Assembly: GCA_035640155.1 (NCBI GenBank)
Contig: DASQWR010000240.1
Span: forward strand, 11,945 to 75,944
Direction of reading: 5' to 3'
From: Pseudonocardiaceae bacterium
Lineage (GTDB): Bacteria; Actinomycetota; Actinomycetes; Mycobacteriales; Pseudonocardiaceae
Length of the DNA: 64,000 bases
In this document: positions 10,185 to 20,910 of the stretch, piece by piece
Position numbering within the stretch: position 1 is the stretch's first letter
How the letters are laid out: every line of letters starts with the position of its first letter
Translations under genes and position numbers: made by a program
Notes under the pieces: generated by a model
Databases searched by the model: none
Seen by the model: the letters and a program-made list of their open reading frames with translations, nothing else
What the model was told of the DNA's origin: nothing

Positions 10185-10670
10185 GTGCGGTGCCCGTTCT
10201 GCCGGTACTCCGACTCCCGGGTCATCGACTCCCGGGAGGTCGAGGACGGTCAGGCCATTCGGCGCCGCCGGTCGTGTCCGGAGTGCGGGCGCCGGTTCAC
10301 CACGGTCGAGCAGGCCGTGCTCGCCGTGGTGAAGAGGTCCGGGGTGACCGAGCCGTTCAGCCGCGACAAGGTGGCCCGCGGGGTCGCGCGGGCCTGCCAG
10401 GGGCGGCCGGTGGACGAGGATGCGCTCCAGCAGCTCGCGCACCGCGTCGAGGAGACCATCCGCTCGAGCGGAAGTGCCGAGGTGGCGAGCCACGAGGTCG
10501 GGCTGGCGATCCTCGGCCCGCTGCGCGAGCTGGACGAGGTCGCATACCTGCGCTTCGCGAGCGTGTACCAGTCCTTCTCCTCGGTGGAGGACTTCGAGAA
10601 GGAGATCCGGGCACTGCAGGACGCCCGGAAGGACGCACACCGCAGCAGTGGAAGAGGGATGAACCCATGA
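10185..10670 (+). CDS. nrdR: Transcriptional repressor NrdR
   Basis: Zn ribbon CPFC...CPEC plus ATP-cone. GTG 10185 preceded by GGGGGAGGAG. Confidence 0.93.
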   Translation: MRCPFCRYSDSRVIDSREVEDGQAIRRRRSCPECGRRFTTVEQAVLAVVKRSGVTEPFSRDKVARGVARACQGRPVDEDALQQLAHRVEETIRSSGSAEVASHEVGLAILGPLRELDEVAYLRFASVYQSFSSVEDFEKEIRALQDARKDAHRSSGRGMNP

Positions 10671-13600
10671 CCGAGACCATCGGGACCCCCGCAACCGGAT
10701 CGGGCGCGACCGGGAGCGCTGCCGGTACAGGCAGCCCCCAGCCCAAGCGGGCGTTGCGGGTGGAGCGCGTCCACACCACCGAGGGCCGCCACCCCTACGA
10801 CGAGGTGACGTGGGAGTGCCGTGACGTCGTGATGACCAACTGGCGGGACGGCACGGTCAACTTCGAGCAGCGCGGTGTCGAGTTCCCCGACTTCTGGTCG
10901 GTCAACGCGGTCAACATCGTCACGAGCAAGTACTTCCGGGGTGCGGTGGGCACCGAGGCGCGCGAGTCGAGCCTGCGCCAGCTCATCGACCGGGTGGTGC
11001 AGACCTACACCGCGGCCGGCCTGCAGCACGGCTACTTCGCGACCGAGACCGACGCGGAGATCTTCTCCCACGAGCTGACCTGGATGCTGCTGCACCAGGT
11101 GTTCAGCTTCAACTCGCCAGTGTGGTTCAACGTCGGAACCGCCTCCCCGGCTCAGGTCAGCGCGTGCCAGCCGTATGACGCGCTCGTCAGCACCCCTGCC
11201 GGAATGGTGCCGATCGGCCGGCTGGTGGAGCAGGACGCGGTCGGGGCAAAGGTCTACGACGCTTACGGGCTCACGCGCGTGGTGGCCACGAAGGCGAATA
11301 GTGTTAAGAACGTCCTGCGAATCCACACTAAGGCAGGCCACGCCCTGGACGTGACGGCAGATCACCTGGTCTGGAAATGCAGCGGTGAGGGAACGGGTGG
11401 TTTCGTCGAGGCCGGAACGTTGCTTCCGGGCGATCAACTCGAGTGGCACCGCCGTGAGGCGCACGGCGAGGCCGATTTCAGTCTTCGTGAAGTTGCTGAA
11501 GCGGCTCTCGCTGGCTGGCTGCAGTCCGACGGCTTCGGCGGGAAGTACCCGAATCGCTCGATGAGGATCGAGGCAATTACAGTTACCAATGCGGAGCTGG
11601 CCTGGGTGAACCGAGCGCTCGACGAGGTATTTCCCGGTGTCCACCGGCACGAGGTGGAGGTTCCGACCCAGGACACTTCTTTGGACTGCCGGCGGACGCG
11701 ACTTTACGGCAAGGTTCTGACAGAGTTCATCGACGCTTGGGACCTGCGTGCCCGCGGCACCGAGATGCGGGTTCCGGAGCAGCTGTTCACTGCGCCCCTC
11801 CCCGTGGTCGCGGCGTACCTGCAGAGCCTGTTTCAGGCGGAGGGGTACGTGTCCACACGCGAGCGGCCCACCCTCGTCGGGCTCGACATGATCTCCGAGG
11901 AGCTGATCCGCGGTGTGCAGGCGCTGCTCGCCCGGTGCGGCATCTTCGCCCGGGTGGGGCGCAAGGCAGAGAAGCGCGCGGACCGCCACGATCTGTGGGG
12001 CATCCGTATCCAGAACGCCGGGGACCGCAGGATCTTTGCCGACGAGATTGGGTTTCTCGACCGCGTGAAGGCAGGCAAGCTCGAGGCGTCGTTTGACATC
12101 CCCGGTCGCCCCACCCTCGATACCGAGCGCCTCGAGATCGCGCGCCTCGAGGACCGCGGGGCCATGGAGGTCTATGATATCCAGACCGAGTCCGGCGAAT
12201 ACCTATCCGGCAATCTCCGGGTGCACAACTGCTTCATCCTGTCGGTCGACGACACGATGGAGTCGATCCTGAACTGGTACCGCGAGGAGGGACTGATCTT
12301 CAAGGGCGGTTCCGGTGCCGGGCTGAACCTCTCCCGGATCCGGTCGTCGAACGAGTTGCTGTCCTCTGGCGGCACCGCGTCCGGCCCGGTGTCGTTCATG
12401 CGTGGGGCCGACGCCTCGGCGGGCACCATCAAGTCCGGTGGCGCCACCCGGCGGGCGGCGAAGATGGTGGTGCTCGACGTCGATCACCCGGACATCTCCG
12501 AGTTCGTCCAGACCAAGGCCGCCGAGGAGCGCAAGATTCGCGTGCTCCGCGACGCGGGTTACGACATGGACCTCGGCGGCAAGGACATCACCTCGGTGCA
12601 GTACCAGAACGCGAACAACTCGGTGCGGGTGTCCGACGAGTTCATGCACGCGGTGGAGACCGACGGGGAGTTCGGGCTGCGGGCTCGGATGACCGGCGAG
12701 GTGATCGAGACCGTGCGCGCCAAGGAGCTGTTCCGCGAGATCACCCAGGCGGCCTGGGAGTGCGCCGACCCGGGTCTGCAGTACGACGACACGATCAACG
12801 ACTGGCACACCTGCCCGGAGTCCGGTCGTATCACCGCGTCTAATCCATGCTCCGAGTACCTTCACCTGGACAACTCGAGTTGCAATCTGGCGTCGCTGAA
12901 CCTGATGAAGTTCCTCCGCGACGACCTCACGTTCGACTCGGAGCGGTTCGTGAAGACCGTCGAGCTGGTCATCACCGCGATGGACATCTCGATCTGCTTC
13001 GCCGACTTCCCGACCGAGGCGATCACAGACACCACCCGGAGATTCCGCCAGCTGGGCATCGGCTATGCCAACCTCGGCGCGCTGTTGATGGCGACCGGAC
13101 ACGCGTACGACTCCGAGGGCGGTCGCGCGCTGGCCACGTCGATCACCTCCCTCATGACCGGCGTCGCGTACCGGCGGTCCGCCGAGCTCGCCGCGGTGGT
13201 CGGGCCTTACGAGGGTTATGCCCGCAACGCCGAGCCGCACCAGCGGGTGATGCGCAAGCACGCCGCGGCGAACGACCTGATCCGCACCTGTCACCACAAC
13301 GACCGGGCCGTACAGAAAGCGGCCACCACGGCGTGGCAGGAGGGGATCAGGCTCGGCGAGAAGAACGGGTGGCGAAACGCGCAGGCCAGTGTGCTCGCGC
13401 CGACGGGCTGTCTGACCGGAGACACTCTTGTCACGACGGACCGCGGTCTGGCCAGGCTCAGTGAACTCGGCGACATCTACGGCGACCGCTGGCAGCCGCT
13501 GGATGCCTTGGTATCCAGCGACGAGGGGCCGCAGCGCGCCACCCGATTTTTTGTGAATGGGGAGGAGCCGACACGCCGCATCGTGACCAAGGGCGGCTAC

Positions 13601-15727
13601 CGGATCCAGGGCACCCTGACCCACCGCGTGAAGGTAGTCGACGAGCGAACGGGATGCTGGATGTGGAAGCGTCTCGCCGAAATCCTCAAGGGCGACATCG
13701 TGCCGATGCAGCTGGGAACGTTGGTCGGGGCGCCACGTGACGTCCCATTGCCCGTCCTGGATCAGGCCTACAACGCCGATGACCGCAGCGTGCGCGTGCC
13801 GGAACGGGTGGATGCGGACCTGGCGGAGCTGGTCGGCTACTTCATGGGCGATGGCAGTCTGCATGCAAAAGGCGTTCGATTCTGCGTTGCAGATGCAGAT
13901 CTCGATGTGGCCGACCGCCTGCGGATCCTGTCAAAGAGCCTGTTCGATCTGGAGCCCGTTGTCGCCAACTGCGCCGGGTATCAAGAGGTTGTCCTGCCGT
14001 CCGTTCGTCTGGCCCGGTGGTGGCGAGCCGCAGGCTTCGGCAAGACTTTGCCGAACGAGTTCCACTCCGGTAATGGATGGGGGCCTAGCGTGCCTTCTGC
14101 CCTGCTGGAAAGCAACGACCGAGACGTGTACGCGGCCTTCTGTCGTGGACTGTTCGAGGCAGCCGGTACGGTCCTGGACGGTGTACCGGGTATCACCACG
14201 TCTTCCTGCGGGTTCGCTGACGAGTTGCGTACGCTGTTGCTCGCTCTCGGCTTCGTCACGACCACGCGTCGAGTTGGCGGTGGCTGGGGCGAAACCATGA
14301 TGCAGGTGCGGCTGCGTAACAACGTCGATGCCCTGAGGTTCGACGAAGAGATCGGGTTCCTGTCAGAGCGTAAGGCGCTGCTGCTGGCGTCGGATGTTCT
14401 CAAGGCGACTGGAGATCCTCGTGTGGAGCGTGTCTTGGGATACGTGTTCGAGCAGGTTGCAGAGAATGAGGACGGTGGAGTCCAGCCAACCTTCGATCTG
14501 TCGGTGCCGTCGAACGTCACCTATGTGGCTTCCGGGTTCGTCAGCCATAACACCATCGGCTTCATGATGGACTGCGACACCACCGGTGTCGAGCCGGATT
14601 TCTCGCTGGTGAAGTTCAAGAAGCTCGTCGGCGGTGGATCGATGCAGATCGTGAACCAGACGGTGCCCAAGGGTCTGGCAGCGCTCGGTTACCTGGCGGA
14701 GCAGAGCGAGGCGGTTGTCGAGTACATCTCCGAGCACGGTCATGTCATCAACGCGCCGGGGCTGCGTCCCGAGCACTACGAGGTGTTCGACTGCGCGATG
14801 GGCGAGCGGGCAATCGTGCCGATGGGTCACATCCGGATGATGGCAGCCGTACAGCCATTTATCTCGGGCGGGATCTCGAAGACGGTAAATATGCCGGAGA
14901 CGGCCACCGTCGACGAGGTGGAGGAGATCTACTTCGAGTCCTGGAAGCTCGGGATCAAGGCGCTCGCGATCTACCGGGACAACTGCAAGGTTGGCCAACC
15001 GCTGTCCACCGCGAGGACATCGGCACCGGTCGGCGAGGTGGACAAGGTGGTCGTCGAGGGCCGGCCGGTGCGCAGACGGCTGCCCAAGAAGCGCCCGAGT
15101 GAGACGGTGTCGTTCACCGTCGGCGGTGCCGAGGGCTACCTGACGGCCGGTTCGTACCCGGACGACGGGCTCGGCGAGATCTTCGTCAAGATGTCCAAGC
15201 AGGGCTCGACCCTGGCTGGGGTCATGGATGCCTTCTCGATGGGGATCTCTATAGCGCTGCAGTACGGCGTGCCGCTGGAGACCTACGTCTCGAAGTTCGT
15301 CAACATGCGCTTCGAGCCGGCGGGCATGACCGACGACCCGGACGTGCGGATGGCGACCAGTGTGGTGGACTACCTGTTCCGCCGGATCGCGCTGGACCAC
15401 CTGCCGTACGAGAAGCGGGCACAGCTTGGTATCTTCTCCGCCGAGGAGCGTGCCGCGCAGGTGGCGGCGGACTACGGCCCCGTGGACGGCGACGATCAGG
15501 TCGACGTCGAGGGCATGCGCACCACGGTGGATGCCAGCAGTGTCCCGCCGCCCACCCCGGAGACACGCCCGGCGCCAATCTCGGTGGGCAGCTCCACCGA
15601 GCTGCTCGAGCTACAGATGGGTAAGGCGGCCGACGCCCCGCTGTGCATGACGTGCGGGACGAAGATGCGCCCCGCCGGCTCGTGCTACGTCTGCGAGGGC
15701 TGCGGCTCCACCAGCGGCTGCAGCTGA
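10667..15727 (+). CDS. nrdJ: Vitamin B12-dependent (class II) ribonucleotide reductase NrdJ precursor with two inteins (1686 aa; about 950 aa after splicing)
   Basis: ATG 10667 overlaps the nrdR TGA (ATGA). Extein motifs [10 protein letters not shown]|[14 protein letters not shown]...SSCNL, APTG|[12 protein letters not shown] and a Cys-rich C-terminal tail CMTCG...CYVCEGCG. Confidence 0.95.
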   Translation: MTETIGTPATGSGATGSAAGTGSPQPKRALRVERVHTTEGRHPYDEVTWECRDVVMTNWRDGTVNFEQRGVEFPDFWSVNAVNIVTSKYFRGAVGTEARESSLRQLIDRVVQTYTAAGLQHGYFATETDAEIFSHELTWMLLHQVFSFNSPVWFNVGTASPAQVSACQPYDALVSTPAGMVPIGRLVEQDAVGAKVYDAYGLTRVVATKANSVKNVLRIHTKAGHALDVTADHLVWKCSGEGTGGFVEAGTLLPGDQLEWHRREAHGEADFSLREVAEAALAGWLQSDGFGGKYPNRSMRIEAITVTNAELAWVNRALDEVFPGVHRHEVEVPTQDTSLDCRRTRLYGKVLTEFIDAWDLRARGTEMRVPEQLFTAPLPVVAAYLQSLFQAEGYVSTRERPTLVGLDMISEELIRGVQALLARCGIFARVGRKAEKRADRHDLWGIRIQNAGDRRIFADEIGFLDRVKAGKLEASFDIPGRPTLDTERLEIARLEDRGAMEVYDIQTESGEYLSGNLRVHNCFILSVDDTMESILNWYREEGLIFKGGSGAGLNLSRIRSSNELLSSGGTASGPVSFMRGADASAGTIKSGGATRRAAKMVVLDVDHPDISEFVQTKAAEERKIRVLRDAGYDMDLGGKDITSVQYQNANNSVRVSDEFMHAVETDGEFGLRARMTGEVIETVRAKELFREITQAAWECADPGLQYDDTINDWHTCPESGRITASNPCSEYLHLDNSSCNLASLNLMKFLRDDLTFDSERFVKTVELVITAMDISICFADFPTEAITDTTRRFRQLGIGYANLGALLMATGHAYDSEGGRALATSITSLMTGVAYRRSAELAAVVGPYEGYARNAEPHQRVMRKHAAANDLIRTCHHNDRAVQKAATTAWQEGIRLGEKNGWRNAQASVLAPTGCLTGDTLVTTDRGLARLSELGDIYGDRWQPLDALVSSDEGPQRATRFFVNGEEPTRRIVTKGGYRIQGTLTHRVKVVDERTGCWMWKRLAEILKGDIVPMQLGTLVGAPRDVPLPVLDQAYNADDRSVRVPERVDADLAELVGYFMGDGSLHAKGVRFCVADADLDVADRLRILSKSLFDLEPVVANCAGYQEVVLPSVRLARWWRAAGFGKTLPNEFHSGNGWGPSVPSALLESNDRDVYAAFCRGLFEAAGTVLDGVPGITTSSCGFADELRTLLLALGFVTTTRRVGGGWGETMMQVRLRNNVDALRFDEEIGFLSERKALLLASDVLKATGDPRVERVLGYVFEQVAENEDGGVQPTFDLSVPSNVTYVASGFVSHNTIGFMMDCDTTGVEPDFSLVKFKKLVGGGSMQIVNQTVPKGLAALGYLAEQSEAVVEYISEHGHVINAPGLRPEHYEVFDCAMGERAIVPMGHIRMMAAVQPFISGGISKTVNMPETATVDEVEEIYFESWKLGIKALAIYRDNCKVGQPLSTARTSAPVGEVDKVVVEGRPVRRRLPKKRPSETVSFTVGGAEGYLTAGSYPDDGLGEIFVKMSKQGSTLAGVMDAFSMGISIALQYGVPLETYVSKFVNMRFEPAGMTDDPDVRMATSVVDYLFRRIALDHLPYEKRAQLGIFSAEERAAQVAADYGPVDGDDQVDVEGMRTTVDASSVPPPTPETRPAPISVGSSTELLELQMGKAADAPLCMTCGTKMRPAGSCYVCEGCGSTSGCS
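11165..12229 (+). mobile_element. Intein 1 (355 aa) with LAGLIDADG homing-endonuclease domain, inserted in SA^CFIL
   Basis: Starts CQPYDALV (block A), TADH (block B), ends LRVHN followed by +1 Cys. LAGLIDADG motifs LAGWLQSDG and SLFQAEG. Visibly more AT-rich than the flanks. Confidence 0.9.
13409..14551 (+). mobile_element. Intein 2 (381 aa) with LAGLIDADG-type domain, inserted in APTG^TIGF
   Basis: Starts CLTGDTLV, block B GTLTHRV, ends GFVSHN followed by +1 Thr. Motifs VGYFMGDG and GLFEAAG (second motif lacks the last acidic residue). Confidence 0.9.
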
Positions 15728-15741
15728 CCACGCAGCCTGCT

Positions 15742-15773
15742 CCGGTGGGAGCGGCGAGGGCCGCTCCCACCGG
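15742..15773. terminator. Perfect 14-bp stem / 4-nt loop hairpin between convergent nrdJ and the PAC2 gene
   Basis: CCGGTGGGAGCGGC-GAGG-GCCGCTCCCACCGG. No U-tract, which is common in high-GC actinobacteria. Confidence 0.6.
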
Positions 15774-15778
15774 ATAGC

Positions 15779-16741
15779 TCAGGTGGCAGTGCCGCCCTGC
15801 TCGGCATCGCCCTGCTCGGCGAGGAACTGCTCGAGCTCGGCACCGATCTCGTCTGCGGTCGGCAGGTTCTCGGCGTCGGCGGCGAGCAGCGAGCGGCGAC
15901 CGCGCGTCTCGACCGCCTGGTCGAACTGCTGCTCGAGGTGCCGGACCACGTTGGCGACCTCCTGGGAGCTTCCGACCTGCTCGTCGACCTCGGCGCGCAT
16001 CCGCTCGGCTGCGGAGCGCAGCTCCTCGACGGGCACCGCGAGGCCACTGGTGCTGCGCAGCTGCTCCAGCAGGCCCCGTGCGGCCTCCGGGTACTCCATC
16101 CTGGCCAGGTAGTGCGGCACGTGCGCGGCGAAGCCGACGGCGTCGTGCCCGGCCTCACCCAAGCGGAGCTCGAGCAGCGCTGAGACGCTTGCCGGCACCT
16201 CGACGGTCCCGAACCAGGATTCGTGGCCGGCGACGAGCTCCGGACGGGTGGCGTGCGCGGTGAGGGTGAACGGGCGGGTGTGCGGTACCGCCATGGGCAC
16301 CGCGTCGAGCCCGACCGTGAGCCGGACGCCGAACCGCTCGACCAGCTCGGTCACCGCGCGGACGAAGCGCTCCCACTGCAGGTCGGGCTCGGACCCGGCC
16401 AGCAGCAGGAACGGCGTTCCGTCGCTGTCGAGGACCTCGTACAGGGCGAGCTCGGGCTGGGCGTAGCTCCCCCAGTGGTCCCCCTCGAACGTCATGACGG
16501 GACGGCGCGAGCGGTAGTCCAACAGCTGATCGACATCGAACGTGGCGACAAGGCGGTGTTCCAAGTGCTCCAGCAGGTGCTCAACGGCGCGTCGCCCGCC
16601 ATGGCCAGCGTCGATGAACCCGGCGAGTCCGTGCACCAGCACCGGACCCTCCGCGGGTCCCGGCGCGCTGGCCTCGCCCTCGATCCGGTACAGCTCACTT
16701 GTCGGCTCGGTCACTGCAGCCTCGCTTTCGTCGGTTCTCAC
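15779..16741 (-). CDS. PAC2 (proteasome assembly chaperone 2) family protein, Rv2714-like
   Basis: GPVLVHGLAGFIDAGHGGR...FDVDQLLDYRSRRP. Start uncertain (GTG 16741 or 16714; the track start 16837 is less likely). Confidence 0.8.
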   Translation of the reverse strand: MRTDESEAAVTEPTSELYRIEGEASAPGPAEGPVLVHGLAGFIDAGHGGRRAVEHLLEHLEHRLVATFDVDQLLDYRSRRPVMTFEGDHWGSYAQPELALYEVLDSDGTPFLLLAGSEPDLQWERFVRAVTELVERFGVRLTVGLDAVPMAVPHTRPFTLTAHATRPELVAGHESWFGTVEVPASVSALLELRLGEAGHDAVGFAAHVPHYLARMEYPEAARGLLEQLRSTSGLAVPVEELRSAAERMRAEVDEQVGSSQEVANVVRHLEQQFDQAVETRGRRSLLAADAENLPTADEIGAELEQFLAEQGDAEQGGTAT

Positions 16742-16893
16742 GATGTGCAACGCCGCAGGCCCCCTGATCCATCCCCCAATCCATCTCGCAGAGGCGTCAT
16801 CGGCACACCCACCCCCAGGCCTCCCTGTTACTGGCAACGACTATCGTTTACGCTCACCCCTGACCGATCACTATCCGGAAGAGACTCACCACT

Positions 16894-17886
16894 GTGCGTA
16901 TCGCCTTCGTCGGCAAGGGTGGCAGCGGAAAGACGACGCTGTCGGCCCTGTTCACCCGCCACCTCGCAGCGCTCGGGCGCCCCGTCCTCGCAATCGACGC
17001 GGACATCAACCAGCACCTGGGCCAGGCCCTCGGTCTCGGTGACGCTGCCGTCGCCGCGATCCCGCCACTCGGCACGGATCTGCCCTGGATCAAAGACCAC
17101 CTGCGCGGGGACAACCCCCGGATCGCCTCCACCTCGGCGATGATCAAGACGACGCCACCCGGGCGGGGGTCCCGGCTGCTGCGGCTGGACCCGGGCGACG
17201 AGCTGCACCGGCGGTTCGCCCGGCCCGCCGGTGGCGTGCACCTGATGCTCACCGGGGAGTTCGAGTCCGACGACATCGGCGTCTCCTGCTACCACTCCAA
17301 GACCGGGGCCGTGGAGCTCTACCTCAATCACCTGCTCGACGGGCCGGGGGAGTACGTGGTGGTGGACATGACCGCCGGTGCGGACGTGCTCGCCTCCGGG
17401 CTGTTCACCCGGTTCGACCTGGTGGTGCTGGTGAGCGAGCCGACCCGGCGCGGGGTGGGGGTGCACCGGCAGTTCCGGGAGCACGCCGAGGGGCACGCGG
17501 TGCGGCTGGCGGTGGTGGGCAACAAGGTGGCCGGGGCGGACGACGAGGCCTGGCTGCGTGCGCAGCTCGGGGACGCGTTGCTCGCGACCGTCGGCCAGTC
17601 CGCGTGGGTGCGGGCGGCCGAGCAGGGGCGTGCCCCGGAGTTCTCGCTCGTCGAGGCCGGTACCCGGGCGGCCCTCGACACGGTGCTCGACGAGCTCGAC
17701 GGCCTGCAGCGCGACTGGGAGGCCTACCACCGCGACACCGTGCACTTCCACCTGCGCAATGCAGCTGCCTGGGGCAGCCGTTCGGCGGGCGTGGACCTCG
17801 CCGAGCAGGTGGACCCTGAGTTCGTCCCGGGTCCGGCGGCGCTGCGCGCCGGCCCGGTCTCCGTGGGCGCCGTGCCCGCGGACTGA
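16894..17886 (+). CDS. MinD/ParA/CooC-family P-loop ATPase with a C-terminal extension
   Basis: Deviant Walker A GKGGSGKTT and DADINQHL. GTG start. Confidence 0.8.
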   Translation: MRIAFVGKGGSGKTTLSALFTRHLAALGRPVLAIDADINQHLGQALGLGDAAVAAIPPLGTDLPWIKDHLRGDNPRIASTSAMIKTTPPGRGSRLLRLDPGDELHRRFARPAGGVHLMLTGEFESDDIGVSCYHSKTGAVELYLNHLLDGPGEYVVVDMTAGADVLASGLFTRFDLVVLVSEPTRRGVGVHRQFREHAEGHAVRLAVVGNKVAGADDEAWLRAQLGDALLATVGQSAWVRAAEQGRAPEFSLVEAGTRAALDTVLDELDGLQRDWEAYHRDTVHFHLRNAAAWGSRSAGVDLAEQVDPEFVPGPAALRAGPVSVGAVPAD

Positions 17887-17909
17887 AACACCCGACCCTG
17901 GAGGATCGA

Positions 17910-18305
17910 ATGTCGCTGGACGTCCCACCCACCATAATCGAAGCAGCCGAGCGCGGTGAGCTCGACGATGCCGAGTTCGTCGCCGTCGTGCGGAGCTCGC
18001 TGCCCTACGCCTGGCAGGTCATCTCCGGCGTGGTCGGCGACCTCGCCCTCGACCCCGAGGCCGAGCGGGCGGACCACTCGGTGCCCCCACCCAACGAGGC
18101 CGCCCGGGGGCAGTTGCTGCGGGCGTTGGCCAGCGACGCGATCCGGGGTGCGCTGCAGCGCCACTTCGGGGTGCAGCTCGCCTTCCAGAACTGCCACCGG
18201 GTCGCCGCGTTCCGCCCCGAGGCCGTCGGTGGTGAGCGCTACCGGAGGTTCATCTCGCCGCGCGAGCAGGTGCTGAACCAGACCCCACAGCTGCGGGACT
18301 GCTGA
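17910..18305 (+). CDS. Conserved actinobacterial hypothetical protein (131 aa) following the ATPase
   Basis: SD GGAGGA 6 nt before the ATG. Codon usage consistent with coding. No recognisable catalytic motif. Confidence 0.65.
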   Translation: MSLDVPPTIIEAAERGELDDAEFVAVVRSSLPYAWQVISGVVGDLALDPEAERADHSVPPPNEAARGQLLRALASDAIRGALQRHFGVQLAFQNCHRVAAFRPEAVGGERYRRFISPREQVLNQTPQLRDC

Positions 18306-18370
18306 ACGGGAGGACTGCTGAGTCCCGGGTGGGGGATGCGGCTGTTCGCGTGTCCTCCACCGGGCCACCA

Positions 18371-19033
18371 ATGATCGACTTTCGTGAACCGGCTCGGTGC
18401 GGGCAGTCTCAACGGGTGTCGTCGGGATCTCGTCACCTCCAGGCCTTTCTCGCAGCCGCCGCCCGCAACCCGCAGGCGGTGGGCGCGGTGGCCCCCACCT
18501 CGGCCCGCCTCGCCGAACGGCTGGCCGGAATCGTCCCGGGCACCGGTGAGCCGGTGGTCGTCGAGCTCGGCCCCGGCACCGGCCCCACCACGGCGGCGGT
18601 GCAGCACCGGCTTGCCGGCCGGGGTCGGCACCTCGCCGTGGAGCTCGACCCGGTGCTTGCCCAGCACGTCGCGCGCGAGCAACCCGGTGCCGAGGTGGTC
18701 GTCGGCGACGCGACCGCCCTCGATGACCTGCTCGCCGAGCGGGGCATCCCGGAGGTGGACGCGGTGGTCTCGGGACTGCCGTGGTCGCTGATCCGGCCCG
18801 ACGCGCAACGCGCCATCCTCGACGCCGTGACGCGGGCGCTGCGCCCCGGTGCCCCCTTCACCACGATCGCCTACCTGCACGCGCTGCCGATGGGCGGTGC
18901 CCGCCGCTTCCGGGCGCTGCTCGACGAGGTGTTCGACGAGGTGCTCACCACCCGCACGGTGTGGCGCAATCTGCCCCCCGCAGTGACCTACGTGTGCCGG
19001 CGCCCGCGAACGCCCGTCGGGCGCGTCAGCTGA
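18371..19033 (+). CDS. Class I SAM-dependent methyltransferase (PmtA/rRNA-adenine-MTase-like)
   Basis: Motif I VVELGPGTG and VVGDA motif. Start 18371 (ATG) or 18329. Confidence 0.75.
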   Translation: MIDFREPARCGQSQRVSSGSRHLQAFLAAAARNPQAVGAVAPTSARLAERLAGIVPGTGEPVVVELGPGTGPTTAAVQHRLAGRGRHLAVELDPVLAQHVAREQPGAEVVVGDATALDDLLAERGIPEVDAVVSGLPWSLIRPDAQRAILDAVTRALRPGAPFTTIAYLHALPMGGARRFRALLDEVFDEVLTTRTVWRNLPPAVTYVCRRPRTPVGRVS

Positions 19034-19050
19034 GCACGGGTGGACGGGGC

Positions 19051-19737
19051 ATGCCCACCGCTGGGAGTACCGCGGCCCGGTACGCGGCTGTGCTCCTCGC
19101 CGCAGCCGTGCTCGCGGGGTGTACGCGAGAGGTCGCGGGTACACCGCAGCCCGCGGACGCGGCGGGTTACTCGAGTCCGGCACCGACCCGGACGGTGCTG
19201 CGGGACGCCCTGTTGCCGGCCGGGGCGTTGCCCCCCGGGCCGCAGTACCAGGTGCTCACCACGGTGCCCGACCTCGGCGGGCTCGCTGAGATGGTCGAGT
19301 CCGTACAGCCCCCCGAATGCCGCCGGGTGCTGGAGCTGGTCGCCACCGCTGCCGGAGAGGTCGACGAGGTGGCCGCGGTAAGTGGGGCCTCGACGGACGG
19401 GTTCATCGCGATCGGGTTGCTGCGGGGCGAGGATCTGCTTGAGCTCACCGTGCTGGAGGCTGGGTTGCGCGCGTGCCCCTCCTACGGCATCGATGCCGGG
19501 GGCGCCCGAGTGCAGGCCGATCAGCAAGTGCAGCCCCCGCCCGGACTGGGTGCTGACGTCGAGTTGTACTACACCAGCACCGTCACGGCGCCCGGGGCGC
19601 CGCCGCTACAGCAGGCCTCGGTGGTGCTGCGGGACGGGGACGTGCAGATCTCGGTGAACACCGCGGGAACGTTCACTGCCGGGGTGGTGGAACTCGCTCG
19701 CACATCGCTGGAACGCAAGCGCGACGTGCTGGGCTGA
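19051..19737 (+). CDS. Lipoprotein, possible PknH-like extracellular sensor-domain protein
   Basis: Signal peptide with lipobox LAGC (AVLLAAAVLAGCT). Two Cys further in the mature part. Confidence 0.7.
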   Translation: MPTAGSTAARYAAVLLAAAVLAGCTREVAGTPQPADAAGYSSPAPTRTVLRDALLPAGALPPGPQYQVLTTVPDLGGLAEMVESVQPPECRRVLELVATAAGEVDEVAAVSGASTDGFIAIGLLRGEDLLELTVLEAGLRACPSYGIDAGGARVQADQQVQPPPGLGADVELYYTSTVTAPGAPPLQQASVVLRDGDVQISVNTAGTFTAGVVELARTSLERKRDVLG

Positions 19738-19860
19738 CCCGCGCGGGACACGAAGCCACCAGCGACGCAGGGCATGGCGCCGCTTGTCCCCAAGCATGAC
19801 CTGTCCACAGGTCCATGGGCACTCGCTGTCCCGGCCCGCCGCCGCATCGCATCGTGAGGT

Positions 19861-20910
19861 ATGAGCGCAGCATCCCCCACCCGCGTCCGCCTCACCGATC
19901 CCAGCGAGTTGATCGCCGCCGTGCCGCACCTGCTCGGGTTCCACCCGCGCGACTCACTCGTGGTGATCAGCCTCGATGGGCGGCGCCTGGGCGTGACGCT
20001 GCGTGCCGACCTGGTCGACCCGGAGCACCGGGAGCTCCTCGCCGAGCAACTGACCGGCCCGCTGGTGCACCAGCAGCTCACCGGGGTCGTGCTGCTGGTC
20101 GTCGGCGCGCTGTCGGGGCGGGTCGGCGGTCCCGGCGGTGATCCCGGTAGCGCGGAACTGCCGCACCGCTGCCTCGTCGACACCGTGGACGACGTGCTGG
20201 CCGCCCAGGGGATCGGTGTGCAACACGCCCTGTGGGCGGCTTCGACGAGCCCAGGGGCAGGCTGGTGCTGCTATGACGAACTGGGCTGCGCGGGTGCGGT
20301 AGGTGACCCCGCCGCCTCGCCGATGGCGGCGGCGACGGTCGCGGCCGGCGCGGTGACCTTCGCCAGCCGGGAGGAGCTCGCCGGCCTGCTCACCCCGGAT
20401 CCCGCGGAGGCGCTCGCCCGGCGCGGCAGGCTGTTGGCGGCTGCCGACGTGGAGCATCCGCTGGACTCGGCGACGGCCGCGCGGCGGGTCGAGCGGTTGG
20501 GGCAGCTGCACGCTGCCACGGCAATGGGTGCCCTGGTGCTCGACGATGCAGGCGTGGTGGAGGTCGCCTCCGCACTCTGCGATCACCGGGTCCGGGACAG
20601 GTGCCTGGCGTGGAGCGTCGGCACCGGTGCGGCAGCCGCCGAGCAGCTGTGGCTGGCACTGGTGCGGGCCACCCCAGCCCCGCAGCGCGCCGAACCTGCC
20701 GCGCTGCTGGCGTGCACCGCCTACCTGCGGGGTGACGGTGCGCTGGCCGGGCTCGCCCTGGAGGTCGCGCTCGCCGCCTGCCCGGAGCACGCCCTGGCCG
20801 GGCTGCTGCGCGCTGCGCTGGACGGCGGCCTGCCACCCGACCTGCTGCGCAGTGTTGCGCGGGACGCGGCGGCGGCCGCCAGCGAGGTGCTGGACTCTGA
20901 CGAGGAATGA
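19861..20910 (+). CDS. DUF4192 domain-containing protein
   Basis: Family-typical N-terminus LTDPSELIAAVPHLLGFHPRDSLVVI. Confidence 0.75.
   Translation: MSAASPTRVRLTDPSELIAAVPHLLGFHPRDSLVVISLDGRRLGVTLRADLVDPEHRELLAEQLTGPLVHQQLTGVVLLVVGALSGRVGGPGGDPGSAELPHRCLVDTVDDVLAAQGIGVQHALWAASTSPGAGWCCYDELGCAGAVGDPAASPMAAATVAAGAVTFASREELAGLLTPDPAEALARRGRLLAAADVEHPLDSATAARRVERLGQLHAATAMGALVLDDAGVVEVASALCDHRVRDRCLAWSVGTGAAAAEQLWLALVRATPAPQRAEPAALLACTAYLRGDGALAGLALEVALAACPEHALAGLLRAALDGGLPPDLLRSVARDAAAAASEVLDSDEE

Noticed and set aside
10250-15400. Long minus-strand ORFs inside nrdJ (10250..11989, 12203..13864, 14363..15400)
   Set aside because: They are antisense to the RNR/intein coding sequence. They are low-complexity R/G/P/H-rich translations with no recognisable domain.
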